Made by a program: the position numbers and the translations under genes. Shown here one piece after another: positions 38,581-50,313 of a stretch of 64,000 nt of DNA. How positions within the stretch are numbered: position 1 is the first letter of the stretch; every line of letters starts with the position of its first letter. The stretch comes from Lama glama (Eukaryota), in the NCBI GenBank assembly GCA_028534125.1, contig CM052817.1, forward strand, positions 33,296,001 to 33,360,000, in the 5' to 3' direction. Under the pieces are notes generated by a model, which had not been told where the DNA came from, made no database searches, and saw nothing but the letters and a program-made list of their open reading frames with translations.

Positions 38581-38744
38581 CAGAAGTAGAGTAAGCTCTC
38601 TCAGGTGTGATGTCTGAGGACACGGCCTCAGCCTGAGGCAGAGGCTCCTGCTGCCAGAAACAGCAGAAGGATAGCAGGAACCAGGCAGCCGGACAGCCCC
38701 TACCTTTGGAGTGAGGGAGAATGACGCTGTCTCTCTCCTTTAAA

Positions 38745-38977
38745 GGAGGGAAGAGGGAAGAGACGAATTCGGGTTATGTGATTAACAGATACAAACTACT
38801 GTACATAAAATAGATAAACAACAACGATACACTGTGTAGCACCGGGAATTACAGCCATTATCTCGCAATAACCTATAATAGAGTATAATCTGCAAAAATA
38901 CTGAATCACTAGGCTGTACATCTGAAAATAACACAGTATTGTAAATCAACTATACTTCAATTTAAAAACAAAAAAAG
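38745..38977 (+). mobile_element. Cetartiodactyl L1 3' end
   Basis: gattaacagatacaaactactgtacataaaatagataaacaacaa...ttgtaaatcaactatacttcaat plus A-tail. Confidence 0.85.
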
Positions 38978-39465
38978 AGAGGATTCAACTCAAGCCTAAA
39001 GTTGAATCAGGAGGAAGAACTAAGCATTTTGAGTTTGGTTGGTTTCATTTTAACGATGTGCCTAATAATCTATCACCATTTAAAGAACATTTCCTCTGCA
39101 TCTGTATCCAAAATGCATCCAGGGTCCAGGACTGTAAAGCAGAATTACTCTCTGACCGTCTAGGTTGCTCAGCCCATACAGCCTATTCTGAACTCTGTGA
39201 CAGTTTGTGGTTATCAAGGTCTCTCAGGGTTGGGAGGGTAGAAACAAGATGTGAGGTTGATAATTCCTTATCATTTGGTTCTTGAAATCTCAGGGCAGAA
39301 GGTGGAACAAAGAGCTGAAATGAGGTTAAGGATTGAATTGTGGGCTTCAGTTATAATTTATGTCATTTTTTTTCCAGGAGAAACACAAAAATTGAAAATC
39401 AGCCATTTACAGATTTCTGCTTGAAAATTTTGTTACTCTTTATAGAGTCTTCAGAAATAAGTTGA

Positions 39466-39671
39466 TTGTAAATCAACCAGACATCAATAAAAATAAAATA
39501 TTAAAAGATATAAAACAAATTTCCTCTGTATAGCACATGGAACTATATTCAATACTTTGGAGTAATGTATAATGAAAAAGAATATGAAAATGAATATTCA
39601 TATGTCTGTGTATGACTGAAACATTATGCTGTACACCAGAAACTGACACACTGTAACTGACTATACTTCAG

Positions 39672-39706
<35 letters not shown>

Positions 39707-39713
39707 ATTTTAA
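39466..39713 (+). mobile_element. Two nested L1 3' ends; the younger has a (TAAA)n tail
   Basis: ttgtaaatcaaccagacatcaataaaa then ctgtatagcacatggaactatattcaa...gactatacttcag(taaa)n; inner and outer TSDs visible. Confidence 0.8.
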
Positions 39714-40169
39714 AAGTTGAATCTCATCCCCAGATTCTTGGGTTGAGCCTTGCAATGGAGACATAGCAACGTGATGGGCAAGATGACTCATGTTTCTACA
39801 AGATTCATCAAGATGAGATTCTGTTGGTGAACAATCTGATTTATTAGCCCACCAACTGGAGACCCAAACAGGGATGTCGGTGGCATTCCAAGGCTCAACC
39901 AGATGCTCCAGGCTAGTTCCCCATCTGGCATGCTGGAGACTCTGGCGTCATTCTCCCCAAAGCTGCTGGGATTCCTGGGGCTGCAGATCAGTGTCATTCA
40001 GCTCACTGACTGGCTATGCCGCCTCTCACAGACCAATCCCACCAAGGCCAGCCCGCCCCTCGGGAACGGCCTTAACTCTCAAGCATCTTTGCAACACACA
40101 TTTTCCTGTTTAAAAGAGACTGGAAAGGGCAGCAAAATCAGAACTCATCTCCAAGAATCCTGGCACCTG

Positions 40170-40410
40170 GAGTGTAAGATCACCAGCTCTGGAGTCAAAT
40201 GGATCTGGACTAAAACCCCACTCTGTTGCTTATTAGCTGTCAGACCTTCGAGAAATTATTTGACTTCTATATAAGCCCCAATCCCTCATCTGTAAAACAG
40301 ATATAATTGTCTGTGCCCCATCCCACAGTTGTGAGGGTGAAATGAGACTGTGCGTGTACACAGCACTTCTACACAGAGAGGCCCTCGACACTGGAAGACC
40401 GTTAGAACAG
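40170..40410 (+). mobile_element. MIR
   Basis: gctctggagtcaaatggatctgg...cctcatctgtaaaacagatataat. Confidence 0.7.
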
Positions 40411-40439
40411 AAATTCAATGTATCATCAAAAACTCTCAT

Positions 40440-40762
40440 CCAGAATCTTAAAAACATTAAGTGAAAGAAGCCAGATGCAAATAGCCACACGTTGCCATTT
40501 ATACAAAATGTATGTCAAGAACAGGCAAATCTATAGAGACAGAAAGTAAATTAGTGATGGCCTAGGGCCGGCGGCTTGGAGGAGTGGGATTGACTGCTAG
40601 TGGGTATGGCATTTCTTTTCGGGGTAATAAAAGTGTTCTGGAAATAGATAATAGTGATGGTTGTAGACATTTGTAAATGTACTAAAACCCACTGAACTGT
40701 ATGCTTAAAAAGATAAATTTTATATATGTCAATTAGATCTCAAAAAATAGTTAATTTTTAAA
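40440..40762 (+). mobile_element. L1MB-like 3' UTR
   Basis: ggcaaatctatagagacagaaagtaaattagtg, gtgatggttgtagaca, actaaaacccactgaactgta. Confidence 0.85.
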
Positions 40763-42324
40763 AAAGAACTATCTATTATGAGCTAAAACTATAGATTCTG
40801 AAGCTAATTTGTTTCATGGACTCTCTACCTCTTCAGCACTGAATTAAAATGATCCATCTCATGGGAAGATTGTGTCTCTAGGTGAATTGTTTGTTCTCTG
40901 CACACATGACACATGTCAACCCACTGCCATTTCAGCATTTGTGGGATTCGGTAGCACTCAGATCTCTTGTCATTTCATGAAAGACTGCTGAACAGCCTGA
41001 ATTCAAGGGCAGAAAGAGCCAGCCTATCCCCTTCGTTAGGGAGGTTCCCTGCATCTCGGCTCATCTGGGAGATGTTCCAGGCAGTAAAGGAGATGTTTTC
41101 CCTCCATCTGGGATGGAAAAACAGAGTCAGGAAACAGAAATGAAAGTCTGTTGGATTAACTGTGAATATAGTGATGCATGGAATTGTGTGTGTGTGTGTG
41201 TGTACTCAGGGAGTTGGGGAAGAGGGAGACTTTGCCAAAAGGAAAGAGGGGAGGAGTTTTGGATGAGTCGGTGCCTATTGCAAAACTAGAGTGGATTAAT
41301 TCTGGAATTTCATTGAGCATATTCAATGCTTCCAAAATATAATTTTAAAAATACACTGTGCTTTCAGATTCACATCTCAGACAGGGTTGTCAGCACTGCT
41401 TAGGGACAATTTCTTTTAGTGTGAGTAAGGTTACAAGATTTTGGTAAAAATTATTTCTTCACTGTTTGGAATGTCTGAATAGATTTGTGGTCTTTCATTT
41501 TGCTTTAAGCCATGATTAAATATGCCTTAAAAATCAAAGACTTCTGTCTGGTTTTTCGAATTTCTTCCAGACTTATAGCTGGTTAATATTATACACGTCA
41601 TGCAGGTTTGTTTTTTTCTTATTTTTTTTTTTGGAATCAGTAACGTCACATGGCCACATTTGCTGCAAAAGAGACTGGGAAATGTACTCCTTGTTTTTGG
41701 TGGTCCTATATCCAGCAAAAAACTGGGTACCAGGAGTAAACTCTGATACTTTCAATTATTTGCATTAGCTTTTCTTTCTGCCCTTGATGCGCATTTCACC
41801 TGCACCTCCCTAAGAGCACTTATAATGAACACGGGTTTTCTTGTGTGCCTCTCCATTAGTCAGAGAACTCCTTGAGGCCATAGATGACTATTTAGCACTC
41901 AAGTCCTGAGTTTCTGGTTTTTTTTTTTTCTTCTTCTTCTTTAAATAGATCATTCTATTTAGCTTAAATGCAGAAACAGAAGGGTAGATGTCTGAGAATG
42001 CGGACACAGGTTATAATTCTGCACGGAAACAGACATTGCAAGAGTACTCTGACTACTGATACAGAGGCCTCTTTGAGGAGGTGACCTTTGAGCTGAGACC
42101 AGAATTAGGAGGATCCAGTAACACAATAATCAGAGGGAAGAGTCTTCTAGGCAGAGAGTTCAGCTAGGACAAAGGCTCTGAGTTGAGGCAGGAAGGGAGT
42201 TGGCATTTTCAAAGACAAAAAGAAGCGGTGTGCCTGGAAAGCAGCATGGAAGAGGGAGGGAGGGAGGGAGGAGGAACTGCTATGGGAGTGATGGTAGTAA
42301 GAGACCATGTGCCCGGTGAGGACG

Positions 42325-42550
42325 GCGCAGCATGGAAGTTATAAATCTGGGCTCTGGAACCAGCCACCTGGATGCCCATGGTTCCACCACTTCTAGCTGG
42401 GCAGCCTGGAGTAAGTTACTTTGTATCTCTGTGTCTTAGTTTTCCCATCTGTAAAATTGTTACAGAATAGTAGCTTTATAGCGTGGTTGTTAGATTTCAA
42501 TGAGTTAATGTGTGTAAAGTAACGCCTGAAACATCACGAGAACTCACTAA
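42325..42550 (+). mobile_element. MIR
   Basis: ccaccacttctagctgggcagcctggagtaagttac...agttttcccatctgtaaaat. Confidence 0.8.
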
Positions 42551-42679
42551 GTCCTGTCTGCCTATATCCCTGCCCTTCTTAATGTATATCTAGCTTCCTG
42601 CCACTCCTGTCTTTCCAATATCTTATACCCACACCCAGGCTCCTTCAACCTCCCCTGCTCTCTACGGTCACTAGTTGCT

Positions 42680-43090
42680 TTTCAGTTAGGACTAGGTTGG
42701 ACCACATATAACAGAAAACTCAATACATAGCAGATGAAACAGAGGAAACTTATTTTTCTTCTAAGTAGGAATCCTGAGGTAAGCAGGTCTGGGCTGAGAT
42801 GGTGGCTGTTGGATATTAGAGACCATGGTCCTTCCATCTTTCTTATCTATATCTTTGACTCTGGTGTCATATGGTTGCTCGAATTTCAGCCGTGATCATG
42901 TTCACTTCCCAGCAAGATGAAAGGTGGAAGGAAGAAAGGACAAAAAGGCATACTCTTTTTTAAAACTATTCCTGAAGCCCTGTCCAACAACTAGCTGTCA
43001 CTACATTGGCCAGAATTATTCATGTGCCCACACTCGGCTCGAAGAGTGGTTGGATCATTGCATGAGATTCAGTTACTAAGGCGGGATCTT
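42680..43090 (-). mobile_element. Old MLT1 (J/K-like) MaLR LTR
   Basis: tcagttaggactaggttggaccacatataacagaaaact...cattggccagaattattcatgtgcccac. Confidence 0.6.
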
Positions 43091-43869
43091 GCTGGGTTAG
43101 GCCTCTCTTCTTTCTCATTGCCCAGATTCTGATCCAGATTCTCATTTTTTTGTCTCCTAGGCCACTTCTCCTGGGCTCTCTGCCCAAAGGTTCCCATCTT
43201 CAACCCATCTGACATGTTGAGCAGTCTTCGTGGTTATTAAGTGGCTCCCATTTGCAACAAGCAGAACCCACGAACTAGTATCTCGTAAGACAGTCACAGT
43301 TTGATTGACCTTCATGGTGTTCTGAAAAATAAGTGAATTACATTAATCGTCAAACTTAACAAGCCAACAGTCTCTCTAAAATCCTGCAGTTTCCTCTTTT
43401 GATAGCACAGGCTCTGGATCCACATCCCTAAATGACAATAATTAGCTGCGGTTGAGTCCTCACTCACTCCTTGGATAGAGTTTGGGAGTTCCAGTGTGCC
43501 CCAGCCCCTATCTACTCTTCCTCTTGCCTCACATCCAGACCACTTCCCTAATGTACATTTCCTGAGTATCCCCTGGAAGTTTATGAGTTTATAGGTCTTG
43601 ATTGAAAGACTAAAGTCTGAAACTCCTGGTCTTCTGTTCAAGGGCCTCCCGTGATCTGGCCTTAGCTCGCTCTTCCGGCAAAACTTCTCACGATTCCCTT
43701 CATGTGGTCTGAGATCCAAACACTCCCCACACTGCACCTCTTGACTGTAAGCTTCATGAGGCCAGAGACCATGTCTGTTTAATTCATCAAACTATTTCTA
43801 GTCCCTATAGCCATGCCTAGCTCATAAAGAATGCTTAATAACTAGTTGTTCAATGAATCAATGAAGTTT

Positions 43870-44930
43870 GGAGAGGACTAGGAAGAAGACTGGAGGCTAC
43901 TGAAGCTGTCCAAGCAAAAAATTATGGTGACTTTGGCTTGGGGCTGACAGGAAGGGTGGAAAGAATTGAATGGATCTGAGAGATTATTAGCATGTAAGAG
44001 TTCTGGGACTGGATGACATAATGAAAAAGACAGTAAGGGCAAGGGAAAGGGAGGGTTTCAGAAGGCGAGACTTGATTGCTGGATCATGCAAGAAATGCAT
44101 AGCACTATCATTCCCAGAAAGGAAACAGTTAGGGAGAAGCAGGCTTTGGAAGTTCATTTTGGCCTTGTTGATTCTGAAGATCTTTGAGGCATTCAACTTG
44201 AGATGTCAAATAAGAGGTTAGGTGTATGGATTTGGAGCTCAGAAATGCTTTCTGGGCTGAGGATATAAATTTGAAAAGTATCAGAATTATTAGCTGTTGA
44301 AACTCTGTAAGTGGTTATGGTTGCTGGATGCTGAGGTAGATAGTATAGAATAGAAGAAGAAAACAGGGCTCATGGCCAAGTCTTGGGAAGCTGACACTTA
44401 CTAGCCAAGAAGAACCTGAACCTGCAAAAGAGGTAGAGAGGGAGTGTCCACAGCAGGAGAAAACCAGGTAAGGACTATACTGGAAAGCCAAGGAAGAGAG
44501 TGTCTCAGGATGGAAGGTGTGATCTGTTGGTGAGAGGTTAAGAAAGATGGGAGCTGAAAAACACCCACTGATGTAGCATTGTGTGTGTCATCATGGGTGA
44601 CCTTGGAAGGATCCATCTAGCAGACTGCTGGGCCTGGTAGGGAAAGCCTACTGGAGAGCATTCATGGGAGATGAGGAAAGGGAGACAGTGAGCACAACGT
44701 GGTACCCTAGGCCAATGCTGGATAAGGGATGTGGACATTAAGGATACCCCTGGATAGGACTGAAAATGTCTATTGGATTTACTAATACGGAGGTCATGGG
44801 TATCCTAGGAAGATGTAGCCATTGTAGTGGGGGTGGGGTGGTATTATGGTTGGAAGAATTAGAGGAGTTGAGGATGGGAAGAGAAGGAAATGGAGAATGT
44901 GAAAATGATGTGGCCTCATAATGAAAACTG
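43870..44930 (-). mobile_element. L2 LINE fragment
   Basis: gatttggagctcagaaatgctttctgggctgaggatataaatttg; aggactgaaaatgtctattggattt. Confidence 0.75.
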
Positions 44931-45681
44931 ACTTCTCTCTCCTTTGCCTCTCTGTCTTCTGCATAAGTGCTGAATGGGAGTCTCATTCACCCCCCTGCCT
45001 CCCTCAGCCAGTGGATCCACAGATGGTAGTGAGGAAGAGGGGATCCAGTATATGAAGAAATGCTTCCGCCTTTTTCTGTATCCCAAAGTCAGCTGATGCA
45101 TCGGATTTTTTTTTTATGTACATGTATAAACCATTCCTCCTGTATCGGGTTTCCTCATTTGTGTATGTGTTTAAATGATTTTAACGTCGAGCTCGAGGCC
45201 TACTGCTGATTTAGAGTTCAAAAGAATCTCCCCCATAGTCCAGGGACATCCCTGTGTGGTTTCTAAGAAGGATAAGGCGTTTGAAAGTGAAGGCACTGTC
45301 ATACATAAAGAGAAAACGAATTCACTGTGCAGTCCAGGAGGGGAAAAGACCTCAGCATGCAGCTGGGCTTTGGGATTCCATCCATCAGAAGTGGGACAGA
45401 GACATAGTTCCTGAACCTTCACACTTACAGGAGAGGACAGGGTGTTCCGATTTCACAGATGGTGGTGAAATGTAAAAAAAGAAAATGTTAATAACTGATT
45501 TTTTTTCATCAAAATCATTTAACCTAATCTCTAATGACTAAGTACCTAACCCTACTTACAAAATGCCATTGAATTTTAGGCAACTACATATTTATAGCAA
45601 AAGATGAAAAAATTTGAAATATTTAATTGATCATCTGGGCTTTAGCGAGGCCTTGAAATTTAATTCCATCACTCCTCTGGA

Positions 45682-45985
45682 CTAGTAACTGTCCAACAGT
45701 GATACAAGGTGAGCCACAAATCTAATTTAAAATCTTCTATTATCCATGTTAAAAAAATTAAAAAGAAACAGGTGAGATTATTTTAAGACTATTTTTAAAA
45801 TCCTAATATATACAAAATATTATCATCTAAATGTGTAATCAATATGCAACTGTATTAATGTGCTATCTTAAGTTCTTTAGTTTATACTAAGTCTTCGAAA
45901 TCTCGTATGTATATTTACCTGTATAGCACATCCAGTTCTGACCAGCCACATTTCAAGTGCTTAATAGCCACATGTGGCTACCTTA
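45682..45985. mobile_element. MER33 (hAT-Charlie)
   Basis: ctgtccaacag...aaaaagaaacaggtgagatta...ccagccacatttcaagtgcttaatagccacatgtggcta. Confidence 0.8.
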
Positions 45986-47522
45986 CAGGAAAATGTAAAT
46001 AAACAATCATCAAAGAATCATGTACAAAGAGAACCCATATAACTGGAAAATACAGAACCCATATTTACAGAGCATCGACTATGCGATACCCCTGGGCTGA
46101 CAATTTTACATATGTCATGTCCTTTAGTCCTCACCACAATTCTGCCACGTAGGTATCATTATCTCATCTTGATGGAGGGGACACTGAGTGGTTAAATTGT
46201 GCTTCACTAAGAAGCATCAGGGTCAGGTTTTAAACTCAAGCCTGTGCTTTTTTTTTTTTTTAACACACAACCTTTGGCAACATCATTAAATGATTAAAAA
46301 CCCCTGCTTCTTGATATAGATCATGATGTTCACTCCAGACCCATGTTCGCAGTAAGAAGGACAACTGGAAGGCCACTGAATGTCAAACACTCCAGAGAGC
46401 AACAAGAAAGGAAACAGTCACCTCATCGAATTCCAATTCTTACTAAATAATGATGTTAACCCATCTGAGAGCAGATTTTATTGAGCACTTTCCTTGTATA
46501 ATAAGCATCACGGAGGGAAAAAAAGAAGTGCACAAAATTACCTGGCTCTGACCCACCTCTGTGTGCTTTGCCCTCCTCATTTTCCCTCACAGGAAACTTT
46601 GTATTCTCCCTTCTCCTCTCAGGGCATTAACTCCTTTTCATCCTTCAAAGTCTGGCTCAAAGGTCGCTTCCTACAGGAAGCCCTCCATGATGCCCCAGGC
46701 AGAGTAGATCATTTTACCCTTCAGACATTCACAGCATCTTTCTGTCAGAGTTCTTATTACTCATTTGTTCCTAAACTGCTTCCCACAGAGTGTTAGTTCC
46801 CAGAAGCAAGAAGGAGGCCTTATTCAACACTTGTTGAAAAAGGGTCTAACTCAGCCATCAGCTGGGGTCACCTGGGCCCTTAAACTCTAGATAAGAATGA
46901 TCCAAGTCCCAATTCCATAGATTAAGGAAACCTAAAGCACTTCCCAAGGGTTCTTCAGATTCAGGAAGAAGTTCTTACAGACTTCTGGTCAATTCAGTTC
47001 TCATGTCTGGACTTGATCTGCTCTATGTCTGGTTCTTCAATTCTGCGCCGGCAGCAGCCCCTATTTAACATACAGCTTCCTCTCTGACTCTCCCCACCCC
47101 AAAAGCAACCATGAAAACAAGGCATAAAGACCAAGTGATCACAGGGAGGAGTGACATTGCAAACAACAGAGCAAACAGCTTAAAATCATGTATTAGGTAT
47201 TTCTGCAACCCTGCTACCCTCTTGTGTTACATTCCCAACTCTCAAAAACTTCCCAGCTTCCCTCTCTCCCATCTTTTTTCTGCCATCCACCTTGCTTTTC
47301 TCCTCCATTTTTTCAGGAGCCCAACTCCCCACATTCCTTTCATTTTCTCATATAGAAAGGTACGCCTTTCCCTTTCTGCCTGGGCTCCTCCAAATACCTA
47401 TGTGCTGGGGAGACTCCAGCCCAAACACCCACCAAGGCATTTTTCCAAGCAAAGACAGTTTCCGTATTAAGAAAAATCTGTCAGCAGTTTATGATAATAA
47501 TAACTTTGCCTTCTGTCTAGAG

Positions 47523-47775
47523 CAGGGGCCGGCAAACGTTTTCTGCAAAGGTCCAGATGGCAAATAATTTTGGCTTTGTAGCCATAGGATCTCTGCCACA
47601 ACCACTCAGTTCTGCCATTACAGCACTAAAACAGTTGACAGAAAAATGAATGCATATGGCTATGTTCCAATAAAACTTTATAAAAACACGTGGTGGGGGA
47701 GGCAGGCTTGGCTTCCCAGGCTACAGTTTGCCCATGGGTGGGACTTGGCCCAGGGATGGTAGTTACTGAACCCTG
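47523..47775 (-). mobile_element. MER58A (hAT-Charlie)
   Basis: TIRs caggggccggcaaac / gttactgaaccctg; 8-bp TSD gtctagag (47515-47522) / ttctagag (47776-47783). Confidence 0.85.
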
Positions 47776-48045
47776 TTCTAGAGAATGAATGAACAAACAG
47801 CCACACCCTTAAAGAGCTTCCAACCAAGTCAGGGAAACAGAGCAGAAACATGAAGATCACCAATGTTTAAGAGGTAGTCAATGTTAAGTCTCAGATGAAT
47901 GATTCAGGTCATCCAAGCTGACATTTCAATGGAAATTTCTTAACACTACTGGATGAAGCACTAGTAACTCTGGGTAGTGTTGGGTGGCAAGAGCTCTTTT
48001 CAGATAGTTAAGCTCATTAGCTAAGAGGACGGTGATCACCTAGTA

Positions 48046-48267
48046 CAAGTGTCAACAAGCTACAGCCCACTGGCCAAATCCTGCCCACCACCTGTTTTTG
48101 GCAATAAAGTTTTACTGGAACACAGCCACACCTGTTCCATTTACTCATTGTCAATGGCTGTTTCGCTCCGCATGGCAGAGCTGAGTCATTTCAACAGACT
48201 GTATGTAGCCTGCAGACCAAAAATATTTACCGTCTGGCCCTTTACAGAAAAAGTTTGCTGACCCCAG
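48046..48267 (+). mobile_element. MER58A, opposite orientation to the previous copy
   Basis: ggccaaatcctgcccaccacctgttttt...aataaagttttactggaacacagcca...tctggccctttacagaaaaagtttgctgacccc. Confidence 0.85.
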
Positions 48268-48283
48268 TCTAGGACATTTTCAA

Positions 48284-48738
48284 TGAAAGAGGAGAAAACT
48301 AACAAGACGGCTACTGAGTTGTTCAGGCCTGTGCTTCTAGCTAAACTGATCTTACAGCCAACATGCTCCCCTCCCTGTGCGCCCTTCCCCTAGAATAACT
48401 TATCCGTTCGCCCTAGAGGTCTTGAGAGAAGGTCATGGACTGAACCTCAAGAAAACAGGCAGACCCTCCTCAATTCCTCCATAACAGCAAGTTCTTATCA
48501 AGATAGAAGGAACGTAGCCCCTGCTTACAGCCTGACTGTTATCACCCTCCCATTCCCATTTTTCTGTAAAACCCCAGGACCCGTGCCCCAAGTCGGGCTC
48601 ACAGTCTTCACAGCATTAACCTGCTGGGACTCCCTTTACCTGGCAGAGCAATAAAGCGGTTCTTTTCTAATTCTCCCAAAACTCTGCTTCTGACTCTCAA
48701 TTTGGCTTTCTGAGTACAGAGGCTGTTTTTCTGCAACA
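48284..48738 (+). mobile_element. ERV1-class solo LTR
   Basis: tgaaagag...ctgcaaca termini; AATAAA at 48650-48655 followed by U5-like cccaaaactctg...gtacagaggc. Confidence 0.75.
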
Positions 48739-48739
48739 A

Positions 48740-48945
48740 GAAGAACACAGATTTTGGAGCCAAACGGTCCTGATCTAAGCAGTGGGCCTGTCACTTTCTA
48801 AGTGTGACCCTGGATGAGTTACTTCACCTCTGAGGTTAGCTCTCTCACTTATAAAATGGGGTTAATGTGTATCTCACCAAGCTGTTGTGACGATTCAATG
48901 AGACAAAATGTAAAATGCTCAGGACGGTGCTGGACACACACAACG
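48740..48945 (+). mobile_element. MIR
   Basis: gtgtgaccctggatgagttacttcacctctgag...taaaatggggttaat. Confidence 0.75.
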
Positions 48946-49759
48946 GTACTATTTTCTTCTCTTTTTCCCTCCACGTAGCAACTGATAGTAAAATAATGAC
49001 GCATTTATTGGGTTTGCAGTAATTCCCGAACAAAAGTGATTGCTGTTTAGATAATGTTAAGGCAGGCAGACTAGCACACATCAAAGATTTACAGATTCTC
49101 TTAAAATGAGCTTCAAGTACATTGCTATATTTGCATGTTGCTCTTTTGTTTCTAAGTGGCATCAACTCAAGAAAAAGTGGCTTTTTTTTAAAAGAATACT
49201 TATTGGTTCACATAACTAAATATTCCTGGGTTGGATCTTTGTATATGGTGGGTCCAGACACTCAAACCATGTCATCTGAAATCTGCGTCTTCTTTGTTCT
49301 CCTCCTGGCAAAGCCGTCTTTTGAGTGGTTTTATTCTCAGGCCGGCTCTCCCCACGCAATGGCAAATGCCCAGAAGGGCTACAGACTACGGCTTAGCTTA
49401 GCACGGGGGTCCACAAAGGATAGCACTTGGGCCAAAACCCACCTGAGGCCTGTGAGCTAAGGAAAATTTTTGCATTTTAAGGGGTTGTAAGGCCATGTGA
49501 CAATCAGAAACTCATGGCTGGCCAAGCTGAAAACCATTATTGTCTGGCCCAGAAAGGGTTTGCCAACGACAGCAGCTCCAGAACAAAAAGAGCTATTCTT
49601 GTCCACTGTTTCCAGTAAAAGGCCCAAGATTGCCTTCCTCCTCAATTGTTTCCCTGCACAGCGTTCTGGCAAATTCTCTCCTGTCTGTCTCAGATGCAGA
49701 GGCAGTGGCATCAAGGGCTTCCCTGATTCTCTCTTCAGCTGCCTTTGAATTTGTAACCT

Positions 49760-50313
49760 TGTTACTAAACAAAAGTTCATGTGCCAGAGGCACAGTGAGG
49801 CCAAACAAGCCAAAATGTGGGAGTTTGGAGCAGAGAAAGGTTTATTGCAAGGAGCAAGAAGAACAGTAAGGAGAGCAGCAAGGAGAACACATGGCTTGTG
49901 CTCAAAAACCCCCGAACACTCTGATAGTTTCTGGAGAAAATGTTTTATAGACAAAATTTGGGATGAGGGCTGCGAGGTGTGTGAGTTTTCCTCTGACTGG
50001 TCGATGGTGAGGTTAACGGGCCGTGTTCCAGAAATCTTGTGCTCATCCTGAAGTTGAAGTTACCATTCTCCACCTGGCAGAGAGGGTAGTTCCTGCAGAA
50101 AACTCAAAGGTACTGTTACGTATATTCCTGCCCCAAGGCTGCACTATTGCTTCTTGACTCTTCCTCTCTTGTTCCTGCATTCCCTCCTTTCCTGATTAGC
50201 AACTGAATATGCCCTTTGGAACTCAGGGAAGGTCAAGAAGACTGAATGAAGCTTATTTTACAAACAGAAGGATTTGTACCAGGGAGGACCCCACAGGGTC
50301 CTGCTCTGTTTCA
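49760..50313 (-). mobile_element. ERV1-class solo LTR with intact 4-bp TSD
   Basis: tgttactaaac...ctgctctgtttca; TSD acct at 49756-49759 and 50314-50317; tttatt (antisense polyA signal) near 49841. Confidence 0.9.
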
